The position numbers and the translations under genes are program-made. DNA of 64,000 nt from a virus: IMG/VR virus record IMGVR_UViG_3300025000_000067, positions 1 to 64,000 of that record. One strand, 5' to 3'. The notes under the pieces were generated by a model, which saw only the letters and a list, made by a program, of their open reading frames with translations, was not told where the DNA came from and did not search any database. Below, one piece after another: positions 18,847 to 27,379 of the stretch. How positions within the stretch are numbered: the stretch's first letter is position 1; every line of letters starts with the position of its first letter.

Positions 18847-21473
18847 CGCAGCTAAAGAAACGTCTTGAGAGTCAGAAAGCTGGCAGACCAACTCCTACAG
18901 AAGAGGATAAAGTAACAGGAGTCCTGCAAAAGCAGACTCCTGTGGCGTTGAATTCACCACCGAGTACAATTATAACCCCAGAGGCTGTAAAGGCCCCTAG
19001 CAGGCTGATTATACCTAGAGCTAGTCGATTACCACATGGGGTCACTATTCTAAATGATGAGTTGCCTATGGGGTACCACGCTTTAGGTAAAAATGATGTC
19101 AGTAGACTTATGAAGCTTAAAGAGGAAATTATCAAAGCAGGTGTCTGTGCTTTTGACTATGAATCAGATGGTGATCCGGACGATGAGGCCCAAGACCCTC
19201 AGGATCACAAACTTGTCAGTGTATCACTCGCTTATCAAATTGGTCAGGCATTTTGCACTCCAATAGCACATGATTTCTATGCTGCCAATTGGGATAAGGA
19301 TTGGTTCATTGATAACTTCCTGAAGCCAGTGTTAGAGCACCCAGAGGTCCTTATCATAGCCCACAACGTTAAGATGGAGCATGGTATGAGCATATGCCTA
19401 GGCATTGACATGTTTGAGAAGGCCTGTAATGGGAAGGCCTGTAATGGGAAGGTCATGGATACTATGATCATGCTTAAGGCTTTAGCTCTTCCAGAAACAA
19501 TGGTTCAACGTGGGGAGGATTGGGACGTTCAACTAGGACTTAAGCCTGCTACAAAGGCACTTCTAGCCGATGCAAATGGCTGGGTCCATGGGTTACTGCA
19601 CATCGGCCAGATTAAGAGCTTTGAGGAAACCGTGGGGAGAATTGAGTGGGAAGAACCAATACCCGGGGAGTTCTATAAGTCAGGTGCCAAGAAAGGTCTT
19701 CCGAAGACAAAGAAGATGAGTAGGAGCAGAACCTTTAATGAACTACCAGTGGATCAAGAGACAATTGATTATGGCTGTTCTGACAGTGACTGGGCACTTG
19801 GACTTTATTACAAGCTTCTTCCTATGTGTCATTCAGAAGGTGTCTATGATGTCATTGTTGAGCTCGATGTCCCTCGGATGATGGTCCTTGCAGAATATGA
19901 ACTAGCCGGGTGGCAGATCAATCCTGAAGAGCTTAAGAAGCTCGGGTACATTGCAGATAAAGCCTTAGCTGAGTTGGCACCTCTCCTGCAGGAAGGCCTT
20001 TTAGAGGTAACGAAAGGATACGCTGATACTGATGGGGATGGAAATGTCTTGGTCCCTGTAGGAACATACCCTATGGGTAAATGGCGAAAGGATCCCGTCT
20101 CTTTAACGATTAAGAACGCTAGGCCTTTTAGCTGGGGGAGCACCCAACATATGCAGTGGTTATTCTTTCATGTTTTACAGGTCCCTTTTGGGGATGTAGA
20201 AAGGTCTAAAAAGACCGGACTTCCTAGCATGGGAGAGGTTAGTTTAGATAGTCTTCTTGAGGTGTATACCAGCAGTGGTGGGAATAAGTTCATGGATGTC
20301 CTTAAGGAAAAACGTAAGTATGACAAAATTAAGAGTACTTATGTTGGCAAGTGGAATGAAGACACACAGGAGTATACAACTGGAATGCTTCAGTTCTGTC
20401 GGGAGGACACCCACAAGGTTCACACGAATCTTAGGCTAGTTAGTACTTGGAGACTAGCCAGTAAACGCCCAAATTTGCAAAATATTCCCAGACCCGAGAA
20501 CGACCCCATGGGTATACGTGGGGTGTTTGAGGCTCCAACATATGACCTGACTGTAGACTATGGGCTATTTAATCCACTTACTAAACCTGTGCACTTTATT
20601 TTTAAGGATAATCTCTCAGGCATTACAGTATGGGTCGGCGCGGATTATGCCCAAATTGAGTTAAAAGTGCTTGCTGTTTACACCGGCGAAGAGTCTATGA
20701 TTAGGACTTTAGTTAATGGTGGGGATATTCACTCAAGTACAGCCATTGATGTCTTTAACCTAAACTGTACTGAAGCACAGGTAAAAGAGCTTTATAAGCC
20801 TTTTAGGTATCGAGCGAAGGCTGTGAACTTCGGTTTGGTATATGGTCTTACAGAGTATGGATTAGCTAAAGACCCTGGAATGGGTATGACTGTGGACCAA
20901 GCTAAGGTATTTGTTGAGCAGTATATGCAACGGTATCCTGGTGTAAGAGCCTACATGCATGGAATGATAGCCTTTGCCCGTAAGCATGGATATGTAGAAA
21001 CAATGTTTAAGCACAGAAGGGCTCTCCCACGTATCAATCACCCAAACAAGTGGGTACGTCAGTCTGAGGAGAACAAGGCCATTAATACACCCGTGCAGGG
21101 CACCGCTGCAGACATCATGGGGCTGGCCATGGTAAACGTTCGAAAAGATGCTCCTAAGTGGTTAAAGCCTGTCATACAAATCCATGATGAGCTCATGTGT
21201 GAGTGTCCAATTGAGTATGCAGTTGAGGGATCTATTATCCTTAAAGAGATCATGGAGCGGGAGATCGAAGGTTTCTCTGAGGTCATGCCTTTACTGGCTG
21301 AGCCTTCAGTAGGTAAGATATGGCGACATGCTTTAGACATCAAGTGGGATGACAGAGGAACACCCTATGTAAAGCCTAAACGGGAGCGAAAAGAGCTATC
21401 TGATGTAACGTTAGGTGACATTGAGTACATGATGCCATTGTATAAAATGGCTGGAATTGAGGTGCACGTTTAA
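18834..21473 (+). CDS. polA: DNA polymerase family A with 3'-5' exonuclease domain
   Basis: ExoI FDYE, ExoII AHNVKME, ExoIII YGCSD; PNLQNIP; motif A DYAQIELKVLA, motif B RYRAKAVNFGLVYG, motif C IHDEL. Confidence 0.95.
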   Translation: MGSLTQLKKRLESQKAGRPTPTEEDKVTGVLQKQTPVALNSPPSTIITPEAVKAPSRLIIPRASRLPHGVTILNDELPMGYHALGKNDVSRLMKLKEEIIKAGVCAFDYESDGDPDDEAQDPQDHKLVSVSLAYQIGQAFCTPIAHDFYAANWDKDWFIDNFLKPVLEHPEVLIIAHNVKMEHGMSICLGIDMFEKACNGKACNGKVMDTMIMLKALALPETMVQRGEDWDVQLGLKPATKALLADANGWVHGLLHIGQIKSFEETVGRIEWEEPIPGEFYKSGAKKGLPKTKKMSRSRTFNELPVDQETIDYGCSDSDWALGLYYKLLPMCHSEGVYDVIVELDVPRMMVLAEYELAGWQINPEELKKLGYIADKALAELAPLLQEGLLEVTKGYADTDGDGNVLVPVGTYPMGKWRKDPVSLTIKNARPFSWGSTQHMQWLFFHVLQVPFGDVERSKKTGLPSMGEVSLDSLLEVYTSSGGNKFMDVLKEKRKYDKIKSTYVGKWNEDTQEYTTGMLQFCREDTHKVHTNLRLVSTWRLASKRPNLQNIPRPENDPMGIRGVFEAPTYDLTVDYGLFNPLTKPVHFIFKDNLSGITVWVGADYAQIELKVLAVYTGEESMIRTLVNGGDIHSSTAIDVFNLNCTEAQVKELYKPFRYRAKAVNFGLVYGLTEYGLAKDPGMGMTVDQAKVFVEQYMQRYPGVRAYMHGMIAFARKHGYVETMFKHRRALPRINHPNKWVRQSEENKAINTPVQGTAADIMGLAMVNVRKDAPKWLKPVIQIHDELMCECPIEYAVEGSIILKEIMEREIEGFSEVMPLLAEPSVGKIWRHALDIKWDDRGTPYVKPKRERKELSDVTLGDIEYMMPLYKMAGIEVHV

Positions 21474-22345
21474 TGCCTACACTTAGAAATTGTTTTGATA
21501 AAGTACTCTGCACTGAATACGTGTACACAGAAGAGGATACTAAACAAATTAAGGAGATGATAAAGCCTATGGAAGAGAAAAGAGAGAATCCAAAAGTAGG
21601 GGAGATATGGCAAAGGCACGATGGGCCAATATTTAAGATTATTCCTGCACCCTCAAATGCAATCAGCTGTGTACATTACCTTGACATAGGAGGTAAAATT
21701 TCCACGGTATCCCCTAAGGTATTTATGGGTGTAGTGTTTGGGTTTGGTCAAATTATAGGTGTACCTAATTTTAAAAAAGTTCCACAGGTATATTGGGACC
21801 GTGCAATGGCAGCGAAAGGCGCCTTAACACCAACAGAAGATGGTAGTCTTCAAATGGCGCGGATTGAGGGTGTGCTAAGTAAGTCAGAGGGTGCAGAAAA
21901 GTGTATAGCACCATCTATGCAAGCTGTACAGGTCAAAGCTGGTGAAATATACAGGCACCATGGGGGTAATATTTACAGGATAAAAGCTGTAGATAAAGAC
22001 TCTGAGGATCCTAAAATATTACGTGTGTCCTATGAAGATGCTACAGGTGATGGGCATAGCAGAGCACTTAGAAAGTTTGTTGAAATGGTGGAAGATTCCT
22101 GTGGTGCTTGGGATAGGACATCACGTAAAGTCCCGCGCTTCACTCTTGTTGATTACACAGAATGGGAGAAGGCATGTAATGAAGTTGAGCGATTGAAAAA
22201 AGCAGAGAAACTAAAACAGAAGGAGGATCAAATTGATCGATACCTAAGGTGCATTAAGGCTCAGCTTATGGAAGCTAAGGATTACATGGTAAGTGAAGAG
22301 GGGTTCAAAGGGACAGCTAGAATAATACTTTCTATTAGGGCGTAG
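21473..22345 (+). CDS. tandem DUF1653-like domain protein
   Basis: GEIWQRHDGPIFKI and GEIYRHHGGNIYRI..VPRF repeats. Confidence 0.65.
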   Translation: MPTLRNCFDKVLCTEYVYTEEDTKQIKEMIKPMEEKRENPKVGEIWQRHDGPIFKIIPAPSNAISCVHYLDIGGKISTVSPKVFMGVVFGFGQIIGVPNFKKVPQVYWDRAMAAKGALTPTEDGSLQMARIEGVLSKSEGAEKCIAPSMQAVQVKAGEIYRHHGGNIYRIKAVDKDSEDPKILRVSYEDATGDGHSRALRKFVEMVEDSCGAWDRTSRKVPRFTLVDYTEWEKACNEVERLKKAEKLKQKEDQIDRYLRCIKAQLMEAKDYMVSEEGFKGTARIILSIRA

Positions 22346-22348
22346 GCC

Positions 22349-22648
22349 ATGGCAGTACTACCGAAGCGTAACTTAGTACCTACATCAGCAGCACGTAAAA
22401 AAGCGATCCCAAAAGTAATGGAATCGCCTGTGCTACCTGTGATAGAATCTAGTAAACCTGTTCTTCCGAAGTATAACCAGAAACTTAAGCCATGGCAAAG
22501 CGCTCCTAATACATCTATGGAGCTAATAGGGTGCTGCTCTAGCCACAAGGAATGTCTGGCTTATGGGGATTGTGTAGAAAAACTGTATCATGTCAACTAT
22601 AAAAAAGTATGCAGCCTCTACAGACGCATACGAAAGGGAAGGGGGTGA
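22349..22648 (+). CDS. hypothetical Cys-containing protein
   Basis: IGCCS.H.EC...G.C..C. Confidence 0.55.
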   Translation: MAVLPKRNLVPTSAARKKAIPKVMESPVLPVIESSKPVLPKYNQKLKPWQSAPNTSMELIGCCSSHKECLAYGDCVEKLYHVNYKKVCSLYRRIRKGRG

Positions 22649-22814
22649 TTACAATACCAAATCCTTTTAGCAAAGAAATGACACTTAAGGAGTGGATGGC
22701 CCAGTATGGATACCGATGGGTAGAGGGTAGAGAAGAGCTATGTAAGGGGTTAATGGGGGTTGTTAAGGCTATGGATATTATGTACGAACTTAAAGCTAAG
22801 GGGGCGATTGTCTA

Positions 22815-23102
22815 GTGCTTAACGAAAAAGAACTACTTACCCCTGAGAACATGGAGGACTTCTTTAACCTTCTGAAGGCCACGGAAACTAATTATGTCTA
22901 CTGGACCGGAGTACTACCTAAGAAGCTAATCATTAGCTTTGATATCCTAAAAAAATTGTCTAAGGTAACAGGGTTCTACCAAAGGCCTGAGCTTAAGGCC
23001 GAGGTCACAGCCTTCTCTCCTATTGTCCGGTATTTTAGGTTAACCCATGGTGTAGTCACGATTCAAGAGGACTATGAAGAGTTATTCTTTCACTTCGAGT
23101 GA
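22815..23102 (+). CDS. hypothetical protein
   Basis: ORF in operon. Confidence 0.55.
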   Translation: MLNEKELLTPENMEDFFNLLKATETNYVYWTGVLPKKLIISFDILKKLSKVTGFYQRPELKAEVTAFSPIVRYFRLTHGVVTIQEDYEELFFHFE

Positions 23103-23123
23103 AATTTAAAGGAGCTGGATTAA

Positions 23124-23789
23124 ATGCATATTATTCAACCATCCGTGGAAATTGAAAGTCAAGACTGGGATCTGATACTACGAAGGATCGAGAAGAAGGG
23201 CCGGGTATGCTATAAGAGCGAAGACCACATTACAGACACTTCTGCAGCAGCGTTTGTTGCAATGCTAGCTAAACTAGGTCATCTATCAGTTTTGGAACAT
23301 GAGAAAATATCTATTAAGTTCACCGTTGACCGGGGGATATCACATGAATTAGTTAGGCACTGGTCAGCTAGTTTCAGCCAAGAAAGCACACGCTACTGCA
23401 ATTATGGTAATGATGACAAGGGTATCACAGTCATTGAGCCATTCTTCTACAAAAAAGGAAATCTAAAATACGATGCATGGAGAGAATCTTGTCTAATGTC
23501 AGAGCAGATGTACCTAGCTTTATTGGCACAAGGATCTACACCGCAGGAAGCTAGAGATGTTTTAATCAATAGTCTAAAAACAGAGGTATGGATGACGGCT
23601 ACTGTTAAAGACTGGCTAATATCTATCTTCCCTCAGCGGTGTTCTCCAAAAGCTCACCCACAAATGCGGCAGGCTATGATTCCAACTCTATTGAAGATGA
23701 AAGAGTTAGTATCTGCTATTTTTGGTAATGTACCTTTTGATATGGGATTCCCATTTGAGCATTATGCGGAGGTCATTGTAGCAGACTAA
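23124..23789 (+). CDS. thyX: FAD-dependent thymidylate synthase (variant RHW motif)
   Basis: GRVCYKS, GHLSVLEH, ISHELVRH.SASFSQESTRY, PQEAR, AHPQMR. Confidence 0.9.
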   Translation: MHIIQPSVEIESQDWDLILRRIEKKGRVCYKSEDHITDTSAAAFVAMLAKLGHLSVLEHEKISIKFTVDRGISHELVRHWSASFSQESTRYCNYGNDDKGITVIEPFFYKKGNLKYDAWRESCLMSEQMYLALLAQGSTPQEARDVLINSLKTEVWMTATVKDWLISIFPQRCSPKAHPQMRQAMIPTLLKMKELVSAIFGNVPFDMGFPFEHYAEVIVAD

Positions 23790-23827
23790 ACTAAAAAAGA
23801 CCCTTAGGTCTTAGAAAGGAGATTCAT

Positions 23828-24334
23828 ATGAAAAAGAAGCCTGTTATTCTTATTAATGGCACTGGCAGGTCCGGTAAGGATACCTTCATTGGTTTTTGTG
23901 ATGAGATGGTGCCATGTTTTAATATTTCAGCAGTGGATAAAGTGAAAGAGGCTGGGGCTATCCTGGGTTGGAATGGGGCTAAAACTGAGAAAGATCGTAA
24001 GTTTCTCTCAGACCTAAAAATGCTATCCATCGCATACTCTGACCATCCATACCAGTATAGCACAGAGCAGATTGAGCTATTTCAGAGTGACCCACAGTAT
24101 GCTCTTATGTTTCTTCATTGTAGAGAACCTGAAGAGATAAAACGTTTTGAGGAACTTGGCTGCATTACCCTTTTAGTTACTAACAGCAATGTGGGAATCA
24201 TAGAAAGTAATGAATCTGATGCAAATGTTCTTGATTTTAAGTATGACCACTATGTAGACAATAGCAGGTCACTAAAACACCTTGAAGCTAAAGCTCACGC
24301 GTTTGTCCGTTTACTAATAAAAAGTGCTGAATAG
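23828..24334 (+). CDS. phage nucleotide (dNMP/adenylate-type) kinase
   Basis: ILINGTGRSGKDT P-loop; WNGAKTEKDRKFL; HCREPEE. Confidence 0.75.
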   Translation: MKKKPVILINGTGRSGKDTFIGFCDEMVPCFNISAVDKVKEAGAILGWNGAKTEKDRKFLSDLKMLSIAYSDHPYQYSTEQIELFQSDPQYALMFLHCREPEEIKRFEELGCITLLVTNSNVGIIESNESDANVLDFKYDHYVDNSRSLKHLEAKAHAFVRLLIKSAE

Positions 24335-24363
24335 CTCAGCGGGACAACGCCAAGCCATTCAGC
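24321..24363 (-). terminator. minus-strand terminator of a hidden transcription unit
   Basis: on minus: GCTGAATGGCT..AGCTATTCAGC-ACTTTTT; the G.U pair forms only on the minus strand. Confidence 0.65.
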
Positions 24364-24391
24364 TTCAAGGAAATATGAAAAGAGCTGGTAT

Positions 24392-24544
24392 TTAGTGTCC
24401 TAACGAGAGAGCCAGGGGGAACTCAGGTCGGACAAAACTTACGGTATAACTTAAATTACTCGTATACGTAGGTACGCTAACGGTCAGAGTAGCTCCTAAG
24501 GTTGGAAAACTGAGCTTAAGCTCTAGCTGCATCAAGCGACTCAA
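24392..24544 (-). CDS. putative 50-aa small protein
   Basis: GAGGTGA RBS, TTG start, MSRLMQLELKLSFPTLGATLTVSVPTYTSNLSYTVSFVRPEFPLALSLGH; lies between a promoter and a terminator. Confidence 0.5.
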   Translation of the reverse strand: MSRLMQLELKLSFPTLGATLTVSVPTYTSNLSYTVSFVRPEFPLALSLGH

Positions 24545-24681
24545 GATGCTCACCTCTGATATAACGATTAACCCTACATCGAGTTATTAAACTAACCTGA
24601 CTTAATTACAGTGTATGCAGGTACAAGACTAGTATGCCACCGGGTAGCTTAGTATATACACAAAAATATGTTATAGCTAAC

Positions 24682-24710
24682 ATACTAAGCTATTCGACAT
24701 GGTTCGTCAA
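24682..24710 (-). promoter_or_regulatory. sigma-A promoter overlapped by tandem Spo0A boxes
   Basis: on minus: TTGACG-N17-TAGTAT; TGACGAA-cca-TGTCGAA. Confidence 0.7.
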
Positions 24711-24750
24711 TGCTTAAAGTCCCTAAAAGAGAGGTTGGTGATAAAAATTT

Positions 24751-25350
24751 ATGCCAACTAAGCTAGGCACAGTAACGATCCTTGCCTTTGACCCCGGTAC
24801 AGCTAACCTAGGTTACGCTGCTTTATCCTGTGACTTAAGAACTTCAGAAGCTCGAATAAGCGAAAATTATGGTGTTTTTAGAACAAGTAAGCTGAATGAT
24901 GGAACAGAGGTTCCTATCCGTGAGCGTATTGATACTCTAGGTGCACAGGTTAGACTACTTATTAGGTCCATTAATCCTAGTTTCATTGCTATGGAAGATT
25001 TTGTAGAGCAGGGTAAATTTGTAGGAAAGACCTACAAAGAGATGAGTTATCTAACTGAACACCTGCGCCTTGTATGCAGAGAGATGGGCTACGATGTGAC
25101 TATATACTCTAATGGAATCTGGAAGAAAAAAACCTTAAATGCGACGAATGCTAGTAAGCTACAAGTTCAGCACTATATCAGACACAAGGTTCTTGGTACA
25201 GAGTGCCTTCAGAAGGAACCCGATCATGTATGGGATAGTGTAGGAATTGGCTACTGCAGGTGGTTGGACTACTTAAAAGGTGGCAAGGGGAGGACTGAGA
25301 ACGAAAGGAAAGTACCAAGGGTCAGGAGGGTTGCCTTACGTGCGAAGTAG
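24751..25350 (+). CDS. ruvC: RuvC-like Holliday junction resolvase
   Basis: ILAFDPGTANLGYA, AMED, NASKLQVQ, DHVWDSVGIG. Confidence 0.9.
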   Translation: MPTKLGTVTILAFDPGTANLGYAALSCDLRTSEARISENYGVFRTSKLNDGTEVPIRERIDTLGAQVRLLIRSINPSFIAMEDFVEQGKFVGKTYKEMSYLTEHLRLVCREMGYDVTIYSNGIWKKKTLNATNASKLQVQHYIRHKVLGTECLQKEPDHVWDSVGIGYCRWLDYLKGGKGRTENERKVPRVRRVALRAK

Positions 25351-25370
25351 ACACACCTAGAAGATGCCCG

Positions 25371-25574
25371 TTGTTTGACCCAGAAGAGCCTACTGCCCGG
25401 GAAAACTGTGGGAGTTGTGTTATTTGGTGCTTTAGTGAGGAGAGATGCAGTGTGCAGGAAGAAGTTGTTAAGCTTATGGAGCAGGCTGAGCAGGAACAAA
25501 AACTAAAAGAAGGTCTAAAAGGAGGGGTTAAGTATGAACAACTTAGCTGGTGGGGAGACGATCAAACAAGCTAG
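25371..25574 (+). CDS. small Cys-rich protein (start uncertain)
   Basis: NCGSC..W....C. Confidence 0.45.
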   Translation: MFDPEEPTARENCGSCVIWCFSEERCSVQEEVVKLMEQAEQEQKLKEGLKGGVKYEQLSWWGDDQTS

Positions 25575-25665
25575 TGATATGCTATGCCCTAGCTGTGGTA
25601 TGCAACTAGTTCACCAGAGTGGCTGCCCTTGGTGCCCTCACTGCGCTTGGAGTCAGTGCGGTTGA
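25534..25665 (+). CDS. 43-aa zinc-ribbon peptide resembling the NrdJ C-terminus
   Basis: GGAGG RBS; CPSCGMQLVHQSGCPWCPHCAWSQCG*. Confidence 0.6.
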   Translation: MNNLAGGETIKQASDMLCPSCGMQLVHQSGCPWCPHCAWSQCG

Positions 25666-25931
25666 CAAGAAGGGCTGGTGAGTTTAAATACCCACATGAC
25701 ATTGTTAAACAGGACATAGTTAACGCAGTGTCTGAACTATACCAGATGCACGGTGCAGGAAATCAGATGACTTTAGATAGTATCCGTTCTTGTATGGTCT
25801 ATAAGTTGCCAAAGTCAACACTGCGACCCCTATTGACTGAGTGCATCAGTGAAGGTTTAATTCATAGGTTTAACCTTCATAGCAATAGCCAGAAGGCAAG
25901 GCCTATATACTCCTATAAACCAACTAGATAG
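25629..25931 (+). CDS. winged-helix-like hypothetical protein
   Basis: LPKSTLRPLLTECISEGLI. Confidence 0.5.
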   Translation: MVPSLRLESVRLTRRAGEFKYPHDIVKQDIVNAVSELYQMHGAGNQMTLDSIRSCMVYKLPKSTLRPLLTECISEGLIHRFNLHSNSQKARPIYSYKPTR

Positions 25932-25952
25932 AATAGAAGGAGCTGGATTAAC

Positions 25953-26552
25953 ATGTTTAGGGAAGGTAATTGGATTTTTTCAGAGGGTGAGTCAGGGGAA
26001 TCTACCATTTTAGCACCCTGCCTACCAAAGGTTATTATTGAGCGCTTAAACCCGGAGGTCATTACACCTACTTATGCTTCTGAAGGTGACTCTGGACTAG
26101 ACGTTTACGCAGTAGAAGATACTATTATTCAACCTGAAGAAACAGTTCTTATGAGGCTCGGTTTTAAGCTGGGTGTACCGAAACACCCTTTGCATGATTT
26201 CGGTTACCGTTGGGAAGTTCAGGTAAGGCCTAGAAGCGGTATATCAGCACGCACTAGTTTAAACGTTAAGCTTGGATCAGTGGATAACTTCTATCGGGGT
26301 GAGGTCGGAGTTATTATGCATAATACCAATACCCGTACGGCTAAGCTAAGATACCCTCTAGACTTGAACAATGAACATGATAATATGGTAGAACCTACTC
26401 GTCGTTTTCCTGAAGGGACTTATATCATTAGAAAAGGTGACCGATTCGCTCAATTAGTATTTAACGAAGTCATCCGGCCACTGGAACTTGTTGAGGGCAA
26501 AGTTGAAGATACAGACAGGGGCGCCAAAGGCTTTGGCTCTAGTGGTATATAA
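25953..26552 (+). CDS. dut: trimeric dUTPase
   Basis: SGLDV, RPRSG, GSVDNFYRGE, RFAQL, RGAKGFGSSG. Confidence 0.95.
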   Translation: MFREGNWIFSEGESGESTILAPCLPKVIIERLNPEVITPTYASEGDSGLDVYAVEDTIIQPEETVLMRLGFKLGVPKHPLHDFGYRWEVQVRPRSGISARTSLNVKLGSVDNFYRGEVGVIMHNTNTRTAKLRYPLDLNNEHDNMVEPTRRFPEGTYIIRKGDRFAQLVFNEVIRPLELVEGKVEDTDRGAKGFGSSGI

Positions 26553-26555
26553 GTT

Positions 26556-26969
26556 ATGACACTTGATGAGTTTAACGCATTAGCTCAGATGCAAGATGAC
26601 TATCTTCATAGCCGGGGCTGTAATAAGCCTAAGGAAATGATTGTGAGCCAATCGCTGCACAAAAGACTTAACCTAGGTGATACCATAGTGCTTAGCCATG
26701 CAGGAGAAGTACCGCTTATTGAAGATCCTAGTATTCCCCTGTTCATGTTTCGAGGGTTTGTATATGACCGCAAGAAGGACACTAGCTCAGTTGTAGCCAT
26801 AAAAACAACAAGCGTAGGTCCTTCAGAAGTGCAGTTAACTCCTGATGATGTAATAGACACTGTAGTTCCTGTGCCTAGTGTAAAAGCTGAAGACTTTACA
26901 CCTAAAATGGGAAATCCAGTGCATGCACATAGGGTATCCTTGAACCAGCGTAAACGTGCATCTCGTTAG
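26556..26969 (+). CDS. hypothetical protein
   Basis: ORF in operon. Confidence 0.55.
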   Translation: MTLDEFNALAQMQDDYLHSRGCNKPKEMIVSQSLHKRLNLGDTIVLSHAGEVPLIEDPSIPLFMFRGFVYDRKKDTSSVVAIKTTSVGPSEVQLTPDDVIDTVVPVPSVKAEDFTPKMGNPVHAHRVSLNQRKRASR

Positions 26970-27014
26970 TCTCAAAAGTGCTCTAGGTGCATAGTATGCT
27001 TGTAAAAAAGAAAG

Positions 27015-27263
27015 TTGGTGTTTTGCATGGGGGGTGTTGCTCGGAAGGCTAAAATGGAGTGCTGGGGGTTACTTGATCTATTGGTATATATGATTGTAGG
27101 GTTCTTAATTCCAATAGTTGGCCTTTGTGTAGGTATCTATGGGATATGCCATAGAGGTAAAAGATGTGATGGCATGGTTATTCTTTGCGCAGGTTTAGCA
27201 GGTGTTGTATACATGCCGAGACTTCTGCTATTAGCTTTCTTCACGGGTGGGGCACTGCTCTAG
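27015..27263 (+). CDS. small two-TM membrane protein
   Basis: IVGFLIPIVGLCVGIYGI and ILCAGLAGVVY hydrophobic segments. Confidence 0.55.
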   Translation: MVFCMGGVARKAKMECWGLLDLLVYMIVGFLIPIVGLCVGIYGICHRGKRCDGMVILCAGLAGVVYMPRLLLLAFFTGGALL

Positions 27264-27379
27264 GGCAGTGTCTTCTTTTTGAATTAAGTTGTTCAAAGTT
27301 GTATAAAATTGTTGATAATGACACAGACTATTGGTATAATAGAATATGGACCAAAAAAGAATTTAAGGAGCTGGTATTA

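Noticed and set aside
24335-24750. Group I intron or tmRNA
   Set aside because: No convincing P7/Q/R/S core, both flanking genes look complete, and there are no tRNA-like ends.
24335-25350. Structured RNA next to a RuvC gene as an RNA-guided nuclease (IscB/TnpB-like)
   Set aside because: The protein is a compact 199-aa resolvase-type RuvC without bridge helix, HNH or zinc finger. The upstream promoter, RBS and terminator point away from it.
26969-26997. sigma-E/K promoter (CATAGTAT) before the small membrane gene
   Set aside because: Good -10 but no convincing -35.
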